Shown here: positions 9,532 to 18,134 of the stretch, piece after piece
How the letters are laid out: each line of letters begins with the position of its first letter
Numbering within the stretch: the stretch's first letter is position 1
IMG/VR virus record: IMGVR_UViG_2721755846_000003
Coordinates: 1-64,000 of that record
Length of the DNA: 64,000 nt
Direction: 5' to 3' (one strand)
DNA from: a virus
Taxonomy: Duplodnaviria; Caudoviricetes
Notes under the pieces: model-generated
The model's input: the letters and a program-made list of their open reading frames with translations, nothing else
Database searches by the model: none
What the model was told of the DNA's origin: nothing
Position numbers and translations under genes: made by a program

Positions 9532-9642
9532 CCGACCGGCCCCGCCACGGACGCCCCGCCCCCGCCCAGGGGACCGGGGCGCCGGCCGTTCCGGGGCCCT
9601 CGTACGACGCACGGGTGAACCGACCACGCAACCCCATAAAGT

Positions 9643-9709
9643 AACTTGACATTGCAATGTGGAGTTGCGAGAGTGTGAGTGTCAGACGGGCGAGGGGCCC
9701 GGACGGAAC
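9643..9709 (+). promoter_or_regulatory. Array promoter/operator P2
   Basis: AACTTGACATTGCAATGTGGAGTTGC plus conserved leader. Confidence 0.8.
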
Positions 9710-9724
9710 CGGAGGGACAGCGCA

Positions 9725-10483
9725 ATGAACACCACCGCCAAGGCCGCGCAGCAGATCGCCCGCCTCGTTGGGGCCGAGGACGCCCTCACCACCGCCCGCC
9801 GCGAGGAGGCCCGCACCGCCAAGACGGCGGAGCGCGCCACCGCCCGCGCCAAGGCCGCCCGCGCCAAGGTCGCCCCCGCCCGCACCGAGCTGCGCAAGGC
9901 GGAGCGCGCCGGTAAGGGCGTGGCCGCCGCCATCCGCCGCCTGGCTGCCCGCATGGCCAAGGCTGCCGACCTGGCCCAGACCGCCCGCCAGGCCCGCTAC
10001 GCCGCCCGCCTGGCCGCCCGCGCCGCCACCACCGCCGCCCGCCGACTGGACCGCCTGGCCCTGCGCGCCGCCACCACCGCCAGCCGCATGGTGGGCGAGG
10101 TCGCCGAGCGCATGGGCCGCCGCACCACCGCCGCCCCCGAGCAGGACAAGACCCTGCCGGTGGAGGAGCTGCCCGCCGTCGAGGAGATCGAGGCCCACGC
10201 GGACCGCTTCAAGGACCTGGACGCCGAGGCCAAGGCCCAGGCCAAGCTGGCCGACGCCGAGAAGAAGTGGCTGCGCCGCCTGCCCGTGGGCCAGTACGGC
10301 CGAGTGATCGTCACCCGCACCAACGGCGGCACGGTCCTCGACGGCGACCAGGTCGCCGTGGACTACCTGGACAACGGCATGGGCGTTCCCCCGCGCAAGG
10401 GCCGCAAGGACACCTTCAAGGTCGCCGTGGAGGCCCCGGCGGTCGAGACCGCCGACCAGGTCGCCCTGGTGATCGCCGCCTGA
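9725..10483 (+). CDS. Ala/Arg-rich coiled-coil protein
   Basis: GGAGG RBS after P2; ends VALVIAA. Confidence 0.75.
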   Translation: MNTTAKAAQQIARLVGAEDALTTARREEARTAKTAERATARAKAARAKVAPARTELRKAERAGKGVAAAIRRLAARMAKAADLAQTARQARYAARLAARAATTAARRLDRLALRAATTASRMVGEVAERMGRRTTAAPEQDKTLPVEELPAVEEIEAHADRFKDLDAEAKAQAKLADAEKKWLRRLPVGQYGRVIVTRTNGGTVLDGDQVAVDYLDNGMGVPPRKGRKDTFKVAVEAPAVETADQVALVIAA

Positions 10484-10556
10484 CCCACAACCCCCGCCCC
10501 GCCGGGCACCGCTACGGTGCCCGGCCCCCACCCCCACCGAGAACGGAGCACACCCC

Positions 10557-10982
10557 ATGTCGATCCTGCCCCGCCACACCCCCGCCGTTCACCTGGACGC
10601 CCTCACCGAGGAGCTGGAGGCCGCCGGTACCACCCTGGGCCCCGTCAAGCCCGGCACCCGCGTGACCCGCATCGTGGACCACGGCGGAATCCGCTGGACG
10701 GTGACGTTCCTCGGAGCCCGCTACGGGTGGGCGCTGCGCGGCCCCGGCATTGAGCACGGCGTGGGCATGGACGCCCCCGAGGTCGCCGAGCACATCGCCG
10801 CCGCCGCCCTGGACGCCGAGGAGCCCGGCATCCCGGCACCGGCCACCTGGCGCGGCGTGCCCGTGCCCGAGGAGTACGCCACCCGCTGGGACAGCCCGGC
10901 CGCCGTCGCCTGGCGAGAGGGAGCAAGCGCCGCTCTGGCCGTCGCCAAGCTGACCGCCGTCGCCGCCCAGGGCGACAGCTGA
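10557..10982 (+). CDS. Hypothetical protein
   Basis: GGAG RBS, GC3 bias. Confidence 0.7.
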   Translation: MSILPRHTPAVHLDALTEELEAAGTTLGPVKPGTRVTRIVDHGGIRWTVTFLGARYGWALRGPGIEHGVGMDAPEVAEHIAAAALDAEEPGIPAPATWRGVPVPEEYATRWDSPAAVAWREGASAALAVAKLTAVAAQGDS

Positions 10983-11050
10983 CCCCCCCCCACCGCCCGG
11001 GCCGGGCGCACCCGATAGGCGCCCGGCCCCCCACGGAATGAGCCACCGCC

Positions 11051-11233
11051 ATGGCCGCACCTGCCCTGTACGGAGTCGCCGCCCGCTCCGTCGCCACCGG
11101 CGACCTGATCACCTGCGACTCCGCGTTCGACCTGGAGGACCTGCCCGCCCTGCTGGAGGACCACCGCATCCGCTACGCGGACCGCGACGACGTGCTGATC
11201 GACCTGGACACCACCCCCCTGGCCGCCAACTGA
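11051..11233 (+). CDS. Small acidic hypothetical protein
   Basis: Lies between two array hairpins; GC3 bias. Confidence 0.65.
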   Translation: MAAPALYGVAARSVATGDLITCDSAFDLEDLPALLEDHRIRYADRDDVLIDLDTTPLAAN

Positions 11234-11355
11234 CCCCACCCACCCGGGCCGGGGCGGGCGCACCCGATGGGCGCCCGCCCCGGCCCCTGCTGCTGGAGGC
11301 CCCTGGGTGACCCGCAGGGGTGAACCTCTCGCCATGCGGACACGCACCCCGCAGT

Positions 11356-11423
11356 GCAACTTAATATTGCAAGGTGGAGTTGCAGGTATGGGGACACCGG
11401 AAGGGCGCAGGGCTCGACCGGGA
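11356..11423 (+). promoter_or_regulatory. Array promoter/operator P3
   Basis: GCAACTTAATATTGCAAGGTGGAGTTGC plus conserved leader. Confidence 0.7.
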
Positions 11424-11436
11424 AGGGAGGCAGACC

Positions 11437-11661
11437 GTGTTCACCGTTGGCCAGCAGATCCGCACCCTCGTCGACCTCGCCGAGACCGAGGCGTACGACA
11501 CCGGCGACTGGGAGGGCGAGGAGGGTATCGAGGCCCCCGCCGGGACGCTGGGAGTCATCCAGTCCCTGCCGGACCTCACCGGCTACTACGGGGTGCTTCT
11601 GCACTGTGACCCGGACGACGTTCCCGCGGAGTACAGCGCGGACGAGATCGCCGCCGCCTGA
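11437..11661 (+). CDS. Small acidic beta-rich (SH3-like?) protein
   Basis: GGGAGG RBS, GTG start; FTVGQQIRT; ends EIAAA. Confidence 0.7.
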   Translation: MFTVGQQIRTLVDLAETEAYDTGDWEGEEGIEAPAGTLGVIQSLPDLTGYYGVLLHCDPDDVPAEYSADEIAAA

Positions 11662-11739
11662 CCCCCCGGCCCCCACCCCGGGCCGGGCGCACCCGATATG
11701 CGCCCGGCCCTGCACCGCCCACCTGAGAGGACACCCCCC

Positions 11740-12234
11740 ATGGCCCGCCGCACCGTAACCCCCCGCACCCTGGACCTGTTCACCGGCCGCGACGGCGCCG
11801 CCCTCACCTTCGCGGAGGTCACCGTCATGCTCGTGGCCATGACCTCCGCCCAGGTGGCCACCTGGAAGTGGGTGGGCGACGAGACGGACGGCACCGACCC
11901 CGTCCAGGGTTGGGAGGTGCGCGACTCCACCGGCTCCCTGCTCGGCGCGATCCTGCCCCTCGGCCACATGGCGACCAGCCTCCACGCGGAGTGGTACGAC
12001 CCGCAGGCGGACGACTTCTTCCCGGCCGGGGAGACCAGCGCCCCCGTGCTCACGCAGGCCATCTCCATGGTGGTCCACGCCCGCCGCTACGCCGTGGGAC
12101 AGCTCCCCGCCGGCCGGGACCTCGTCCTGGACCCCGTCCTGCCTGCGCCGCGCCGCAACCAGTCGTGCTCGTTCGGCTACTGCTGGGACGAGCACTGCCC
12201 GGACCACGGGCCCGTGTGGGCCGCCGCGGCCTGA
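11740..12234 (+). CDS. Hypothetical protein with C-terminal C/H cluster
   Basis: GAGG RBS; CSFGYCWDEHCPDH; ends AAAA. Confidence 0.7.
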   Translation: MARRTVTPRTLDLFTGRDGAALTFAEVTVMLVAMTSAQVATWKWVGDETDGTDPVQGWEVRDSTGSLLGAILPLGHMATSLHAEWYDPQADDFFPAGETSAPVLTQAISMVVHARRYAVGQLPAGRDLVLDPVLPAPRRNQSCSFGYCWDEHCPDHGPVWAAAA

Positions 12235-12300
12235 CCGCCGCCGGGCGGCTCCCCCGCCCCTGACCAGCAGCATTCCCGGGCGATACGCCCACCCAAATGA

Positions 12301-12368
12301 AACTTGACAATGCAATGTCGAGTTGCAATCATGGCGAACACCAGGACGGGCGCAGGGCCTGACCGGAA
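12301..12368 (+). promoter_or_regulatory. Array promoter/operator P4
   Basis: AACTTGACAATGCAATGTCGAGTTGCAATCAT plus conserved leader. Confidence 0.8.
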
Positions 12369-12385
12369 CCCCCCAGGAGCACCAG

Positions 12386-12901
12386 ATGGCCGCCACCACC
12401 GCCGCCCGCACCGCCACCCCGTACGCGTACCGCCAGTGCGCCGCCCGCGCCCGCGACCTCGCGGACATCCTCCGCGCCCGCCTGGACGGCCACCCCCACC
12501 GCAGCGAGCTGCTGGTGTTCATCGGCCACCTGCACACCGCCGCCGAGGGGTTCGAGACCGCCGAGCCCCTGGTCATGGACGGCGTGACGATCCCCAACGT
12601 CACCCCCTCCGAGGGCCACCTGCCCCTGCTTATGGCCGTGACCCACGCCGCCGACCACCCGGAGGCCGGCATCTCGGAGGCCGTGTTTGCCTACGTCACC
12701 GCCCCCGTCACCCGCCGCACCTACCGCCTGGAGCCGCAGGCCAGCGGCGGCCGCGAGGACGCCGAGCTGCGCACCCGCATCGCCCTGGCGGAGCACGACC
12801 TGGCCACCGAGGGTGACCCCACCACCCGCTACGCCCTCCTGGCCACCCTCGTGCAGCTGCACGGCGACCACCTCGCCCGCGGCGGCGAGGTCGCCGCCTG
12901 A
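12386..12901 (+). CDS. Hypothetical helical protein
   Basis: AGGAG RBS after P4; ends GEVAA. Confidence 0.75.
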   Translation: MAATTAARTATPYAYRQCAARARDLADILRARLDGHPHRSELLVFIGHLHTAAEGFETAEPLVMDGVTIPNVTPSEGHLPLLMAVTHAADHPEAGISEAVFAYVTAPVTRRTYRLEPQASGGREDAELRTRIALAEHDLATEGDPTTRYALLATLVQLHGDHLARGGEVAA

Positions 12902-12979
12902 CCCACCCCGCCCGGCCGGGCGCACCCGATATGCGCCCGGCCCCCAGCCCCCCGACCCACCAGGAACGGAGTAGGACCC

Positions 12980-13717
12980 ATGCGCAACTACGGCACCTTC
13001 CAGGCCATCGGCGGCCGTGACAACCAGTGCGACGCCACCGCCGTGCACACCGCCCCCGGCGGCGCCCGCGCCTACGTCTTGCTGGACGGCATCGGCGACA
13101 AGCCGTACGTGCGTGACTGGACCCGCACCGCCGCCCGCCGCCTCGCCCGCAGCGCCGCCCAGCTCCTCGACGCCTCCGCCGGCCTGCGCGGGGAGTACAT
13201 CCGCTATGCCGCCCAGCCGGACCGCCACGGCCTCTGGGGAGCGGGCCCCACGGCGTGCGCCGTCGTGGCCGTCGAGGCCCCCGGTCAGCCGCTCACCGTC
13301 GCCTGGTGCGGCGACGTGCGCGCCTACTGGCTCGTGCGCGGCACCCTGCGCCGCCTCACCCAGGACCACAACCTGCGCCGCGTGTTCCCGCCCTGCGAGA
13401 CGTACCCGCAGGGCGGCAGTCGCCACGCGGTCACCAGCTGCCTCGGCTCCGTCAACGGCGACGAGGAGCTGATGCGCGAGGTCCGGCACCCGGCCATCGA
13501 GACGGCCGCCATCGGCGCCGAGCGCGGGCGCCTGCTGCTCGCCTGTGACGGCGCGTACGAGCCCCACGAGGACGCCGGACACCAGCTCTCCGACCTGCTG
13601 TACGGCACACCCGCCGAGGCCGCCCGCCGCGTCGTCAACGACGCCGTGGCCACCGCCCTGACCGTCACCCACCGGCCGGACAACGCCACCGCCCTCGTGG
13701 CCGACCTGTACGCGTAA
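12980..13717 (+). CDS. PP2C/PPM-family Ser/Thr protein phosphatase
   Basis: R..QCD, LDGIG, AWCGDVRAY, LTQDH, LLLACDG, DNAT motifs. Confidence 0.88.
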   Translation: MRNYGTFQAIGGRDNQCDATAVHTAPGGARAYVLLDGIGDKPYVRDWTRTAARRLARSAAQLLDASAGLRGEYIRYAAQPDRHGLWGAGPTACAVVAVEAPGQPLTVAWCGDVRAYWLVRGTLRRLTQDHNLRRVFPPCETYPQGGSRHAVTSCLGSVNGDEELMREVRHPAIETAAIGAERGRLLLACDGAYEPHEDAGHQLSDLLYGTPAEAARRVVNDAVATALTVTHRPDNATALVADLYA

Positions 13718-13810
13718 CCGCAGGCCGGACGGTATTCGGACGTGTCCACCCCTGCCTGCGGACACGTCCGGACACCGGCCCGCGAGCATCCGCGCGACAC
13801 CCTGCAACAC

Positions 13811-13878
13811 AACTAGACATTGCAAGGTTAAGTTGCAATCATGAGTCATGTCAGGAAGGGCGCAGGGCCCGACCGGAT
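13811..13878 (+). promoter_or_regulatory. Array promoter/operator P5
   Basis: AACTAGACATTGCAAGGTTAAGTTGCAATCAT plus conserved leader. Confidence 0.75.
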
Positions 13879-13889
13879 CGGAGCAACTC

Positions 13890-14063
13890 ATGAAGACCAC
13901 CGTTGGCCAGCGAGTACGGATCACCATCGCCCTGGACGGCGAGAGGTACCCGATCGGCACCGAGGCCACCGTCACCGACCACTGGCTTGGAAATCCCGTC
14001 GTCACGCTCGACGGCGGCGAGACCGTGACGCTGATCCCCGGCCAGGTCCTACCGGCCGCCTGA
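13890..14063 (+). CDS. Small beta-rich (SH3-like?) protein
   Basis: GGAG RBS; TVGQRVRIT, similar to 11437; ends VLPAA. Confidence 0.7.
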   Translation: MKTTVGQRVRITIALDGERYPIGTEATVTDHWLGNPVVTLDGGETVTLIPGQVLPAA

Positions 14064-14151
14064 CCCACCGCCAGACCCCGGGGGCCGCACCCGATATGCG
14101 GCCCCCGGCCCGGCACCCCCAACCAGCACCGCACGAGGGAGCGCGCCACCC

Positions 14152-14373
14152 GTGACCACCACCAGCACCGCCGCAGCCGCCGCCCCGGCACCCGTCCAGG
14201 GATGCCCCGGCCCCGCCCGCGCCCACTGCGCCTACTGCGGCAGCCACAGCACCCGCCCGGCGGACCTGCTCAGCAACGGAGACACCTACTGCTGCAGCGC
14301 CCCGGTATGCCGCGGCGACCGCGGGGACTGCGTCGCCGAACTGGGCGCCCACGAAAAGAGCTTCACCCCCTGA
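14152..14373 (+). CDS. Small Cys-rich Zn-binding protein
   Basis: HCAYCG...YCCSAPVC; GAGGGAG RBS. Confidence 0.65.
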   Translation: MTTTSTAAAAAPAPVQGCPGPARAHCAYCGSHSTRPADLLSNGDTYCCSAPVCRGDRGDCVAELGAHEKSFTP

Positions 14374-14456
14374 CCACCCCCACTGGCCGGGGCCGCACCC
14401 GATATGCGGCCCCGGCCCCTGACCCCCACACCCACGCACGTAAGGAGCCACCCCGC

Positions 14457-15410
14457 ATGTCGGACATCGAGATCACCCACACCCACGAAGACGGCACCCT
14501 GGCCACCGGCACGGACAAGGGCGACGGCGCCGGACCGATCCTCAAGCGCTACGGGTTCCGCTGGGGCTACTCGATCGAGGCGTACTACGTCCGCGACAGC
14601 CGCGACCGCGCCGCCCGCCGCGTAGCCATCAACGCCGCGGCGGAGGAGCTGCGCACGGACGGCCACACGGTCACCGTCGAGATCAACGACACCCCGCGCG
14701 ACAACGCCACGGTGCGCGCCGACAAGCACGAGCGGCTGGAGGACCGCCGCACGGGCCTGGCCGCCAAGGGTCAGCGCCTGGCCGCGGAGTCCGCCGCCCT
14801 GCACGCCCGCTCCGACGCGATGGTGGAACACCTGCCGCTGGGCCAGCCGGTCGCCCCCGGACGCAAGGGTCGGGCCCACCGCAACCTGCTGGAGCGCTCG
14901 GTGGACACCGCCATCAAGGGTGCCCTGGCGGCCGGCGAGGCGGAGCGCATGCCCGCCCGCATCGTCGCCTCCCGCCGCGCCGAGGCCCGCGCCGAGCGCC
15001 CGGACGTCGTGGCCCGCCGCGTCGCCAAGATGGAGGCCGACGTGCGCCGCCTCGACCGCCGCATGGCCAGCCTGACCCTGTACCCCGCCGCCAACTCCGA
15101 CGCCCTGCGCGAGCAGTACGAGGGGGAGCGCGCCACCCTCCTGGAGCGCATCAAGGGTGACCAGGAGCTGTTGGACCAGGCCAAGGCGGAGGGCCGGTTC
15201 GGCCAGTACAGCCGGGACAACGTCCACAAGCACGACCTCGTGCGGATCCGCGGCCAGTGGCGCACCGTGGCCCGCGCGAACGCCAAGACCGTGGCCGTCA
15301 CCACCGGCTACTCCTGGACGGACAACTACGGCTGGGAGGAGGTCAAGGGCCTGCGCTGCGGTCACGTCGAGGACACCGACCAGGCCGCTGCCGAGACCGC
15401 CACCGACTGA
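14457..15410 (+). CDS. DUF3560-like protein
   Basis: ITHTHEDGTL..GT.KGD, GFRW, HLPLGQP, coiled coil, W.TV.R.N.KTV.V. Confidence 0.75.
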   Translation: MSDIEITHTHEDGTLATGTDKGDGAGPILKRYGFRWGYSIEAYYVRDSRDRAARRVAINAAAEELRTDGHTVTVEINDTPRDNATVRADKHERLEDRRTGLAAKGQRLAAESAALHARSDAMVEHLPLGQPVAPGRKGRAHRNLLERSVDTAIKGALAAGEAERMPARIVASRRAEARAERPDVVARRVAKMEADVRRLDRRMASLTLYPAANSDALREQYEGERATLLERIKGDQELLDQAKAEGRFGQYSRDNVHKHDLVRIRGQWRTVARANAKTVAVTTGYSWTDNYGWEEVKGLRCGHVEDTDQAAAETATD

Positions 15411-15414
15411 CCGC

Positions 15415-15557
15415 CCGGACACGTCCGGGCACCACCAGCCGGACGTGTTCGGACATCACCTGGCCGGCACGGACACCAGCCCACCGGACACGGGGCGGAC
15501 ATACCCGCCCCGTGTCCGGACACCCGCTCCGGGCAGTGTCCGGACACGAGAGGACAC
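15415..15557. repeat. Dense cluster of (C)GGACA(C)/TGTCC(G) motifs
   Basis: About ten copies in both orientations, including palindromic GTGTCCGGACAC. Confidence 0.8.
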
Positions 15558-15661
15558 CATGAGCAGCCCCCCGCCCGTCACCGCCCCGGCCGCCCACTCC
15601 ACCCCGGGCGGGCCCTCGCTGTGATCGCAACTGGGCTTACTGAAAGCGGTGTTCGGGCAAT

Positions 15662-16366
15662 ATGGCGGGCATGGACGGTGAGGTGACGGCCGCGCTGATT
15701 GGCGGCGCGAGTGGCTTGGGCGGCGCCCTGCTGGGCGGCGCGGCCGCAGTGTGGGGCGCGAAGCACCAGGGGCGGCTGGCGGTACAGGCGGCGCTGGAAA
15801 CGGCCCGCTCGGCCTACCTGGGACCACTCGACACCGCGCGCCGGTCAGCACAGCGCGACGTGTTCGCGACTTTCCTCACCGTCTCGCAGGAGTGGGCCCG
15901 GGCCGCTGAGGCGGCCACGGATGCCGCCCGGCAATGGGACGCGCACGTAGCTGATGCCATTCAGCGGTGCAGGGCCGAGGGGCACGACTACATGGGCGTG
16001 AATGCGGAGCTCCGGCAGCACTGGGATAGGCGCATCGAACGCTGCGGCGCACCGCAAAGAGTCACCGAAGCAGCCCAGCATGTGCTGTTGGAGGCCGCTA
16101 CCACAGACGTGGCGAGGGCTGCCCAGAACGTGGAGCAACACGCGATACGGCTCATGAGCCTCCTGCGTGATGCGGGGGCGACTCAAATCGCGTCCGACAG
16201 CCAGTCGCCGGATGACCCGTCGAACCTCGTGCCGCCATACCCTGGGCGTTCGCCGAACCAGCTCAGGGCCTTGAAGGAAGCAATCGAGGCATTCACGTGG
16301 GCCGCGGCGGCGCACCTCAACAGCCGCGATACCGACAACCGCCCCGACGCCTCCAACTCTGCCTGA
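15662..16366 (+). CDS. Accessory protein with N-terminal Gly-rich TM helix
   Basis: AALIGGASGLGGALLGG; codon usage differs from neighbours. Confidence 0.7.
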   Translation: MAGMDGEVTAALIGGASGLGGALLGGAAAVWGAKHQGRLAVQAALETARSAYLGPLDTARRSAQRDVFATFLTVSQEWARAAEAATDAARQWDAHVADAIQRCRAEGHDYMGVNAELRQHWDRRIERCGAPQRVTEAAQHVLLEAATTDVARAAQNVEQHAIRLMSLLRDAGATQIASDSQSPDDPSNLVPPYPGRSPNQLRALKEAIEAFTWAAAAHLNSRDTDNRPDASNSA

Positions 16367-16495
16367 CCGCACAGTTCACCGACGGCAGGCAACCCCCTCG
16401 GACCTGGGCGGGCCCTCGTCGTCCCCAGGGGCCACCTCGCCGCCCGGCGTACCCTGCTCCGCTGCCCAAGCAGCCCCCGAGCAGGGACAACGCCC

Positions 16496-17366
16496 ATGAC
16501 CCAGGCCACCTACGTCCGCACCGAAGACGTCGCCCTCGGCGACCTGCGCCCGTTCCCCGGCAACGCACGCCGCGGCGACCCCGCCGTCATCCTGCAGAGC
16601 CTGGTCCGCACAGGGCAGTTCCGCAGCCTCATCGTGCGCGACACCGGCCACGGCCTGGTGGTGCTCGCCGGTAACCACACCCTCCAGGCCCTGGCCGCCC
16701 ACGGCCCCGGCCCCTGCGGCATGACCACCACCACCGATGACGGGGAGCTGCCGTGCGCCCTGTGCGGCGGCCAGGAGTGGGCGCCCGTCGCGCGCTGCGA
16801 GATCGTCACCTGCGACGACGCCACCGCCACGCGCATCAACCTCGTGGACAACAAGGCGGCGCAGACGGGCGGGTGGGATGAGCAGGCCCTGGCGGAGCTG
16901 ATCGCCGGACTCGACGGCGACCTCGCCGGCACCGGCTACACCGACCAGGACCTGGCCGACCTCCTCGCCGCCATCGAGGAGGCATACGAGGAAGAGGACC
17001 AGGAGGAGCCCGCGCCCGATCAGCCCGCCCCGGCCGGGAACACCGAGCCCGCGCAGCCGGCCACCTCGAGCGCCCCGCCGGCCAGCGCGGACGGCATCCC
17101 GGACGGCCCCGCCCCCGGCACCCTCGCCCCACCCCTGCCGGACGGCATGCGGTCCATGCTGCTCACGTACACCGCCGCCGACCGCGACGAGGCGGCCCGC
17201 CTCGTGTCCGCGGCCCGGGACGTGTTCGACAGCGCGGATGCCTCGTTCATCATCCTGCGCGCCCTGCGGACCCTCGTCGCCGTCCGTCCTGGACTCCCGC
17301 CACGCCCACGACGGCATCGTGACCGTGGCCGCCCTGCTCAAAGCCGCAGGAGCCGAGCAGCAGTGA
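16496..17366 (+). CDS. ParB/Srx-like protein 1, frameshifted near 17281 and thereby fused to the downstream ORF
   Basis: PFPGNARRGD, SL...GQFR, VVLAGNHT, INLVDN; CGTC duplication at 17281-17288, removal of which restores a stop at 17364-17366. Confidence 0.75.
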
Positions 17367-18130
17367 CCGCGGCCGTCGACCTCCCCCCGCCCCGGCGGCC
17401 CCGCGTGCGCCGCCCTGAGCGGCTGCTGACCCAGAACAGCGAGCTGCGCGACGAGGGCATTTGGAACTGGACCCTGCCCGCGCTGGCCACCCGGCTCCGC
17501 GACGGACGCACCGTCAAGACCTGTCCTGCGGCCGGGGTCTGCGCCCTGGCCTGCTACGCCAGGAACGGCACCTACCTGTTCCCCGGCGTCGTCGACCGCC
17601 ACCAGCGGAACCTGGAATACGTGCTGGACGACCTGCCCGGCTGGCAACGCCAGATGGCAGCCGAGCTCGCCCACCCCCGCCACACCGGCGGCTGGATCCG
17701 CGTCCACGACGCAGGCGACTTCCTCAGCGACCACTACCTGGCCGCCTGGCTGCGCATCATGATCTTCCGGCCCGGCGTGAACTTCTACGCCTACACCAAG
17801 GAGGTGTCCCGGTTCTTCCGGCTGGTGGAGCCCAACCCGCCGCGCAACTTCCGCTGGGTCTACAGCTACGGCGGCCGCGAGGACCACCTCCTGGACCCGG
17901 CCGTCCACCGCGTCGCCGACGTCTACCCGGACGAGGCCGCCATCCGCGCGGACGGCTGGCACTCCCAGGACTCCAGCGACCTCCTCGCCGTCCTCGGCCC
18001 CGCCCCCGTCGGCATCCCCTCCAACAACATCCCGCACTTCCGCCGGCGGATGAACGGGCGGACCTTCCGCCAGTGGCAGCAGGAGCGCGACGCACGCCGC
18101 GCCCCGGCGGCTCCGGTGACCGATGAGTGA
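17363..18130 (+). CDS. GP88-family protein (putative Fe-S / radical-SAM-like)
   Basis: TCPAAGVCALACYA, RVHDAGDF, FYAYTK; AGGAG RBS and GTG start. Confidence 0.8.
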   Translation: MTAAVDLPPPRRPRVRRPERLLTQNSELRDEGIWNWTLPALATRLRDGRTVKTCPAAGVCALACYARNGTYLFPGVVDRHQRNLEYVLDDLPGWQRQMAAELAHPRHTGGWIRVHDAGDFLSDHYLAAWLRIMIFRPGVNFYAYTKEVSRFFRLVEPNPPRNFRWVYSYGGREDHLLDPAVHRVADVYPDEAAIRADGWHSQDSSDLLAVLGPAPVGIPSNNIPHFRRRMNGRTFRQWQQERDARRAPAAPVTDE

Positions 18131-18134
18131 GGGC

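Larger units (their letters stand above)
10999..14417 (+). repeat. Six intergenic hairpins with conserved CGCA-CCCGATA-TGCG apex
   Basis: Copies at 10999-11029, 11246-11286, 11680-11710, 12914-12942, 14078-14108, 14385-14417. Confidence 0.9.

Noticed and set aside
8309-13878. P1-P5 as Frpo-type single-stranded promoters
   Set aside because: The palindrome covers only the -35 region and no complement to the -10 was found; an operator is the simpler explanation
10999-14417. Hairpin repeats as a CRISPR array
   Set aside because: Spacing is hundreds of bp and irregular, the intervals contain genes, and no cas genes are present
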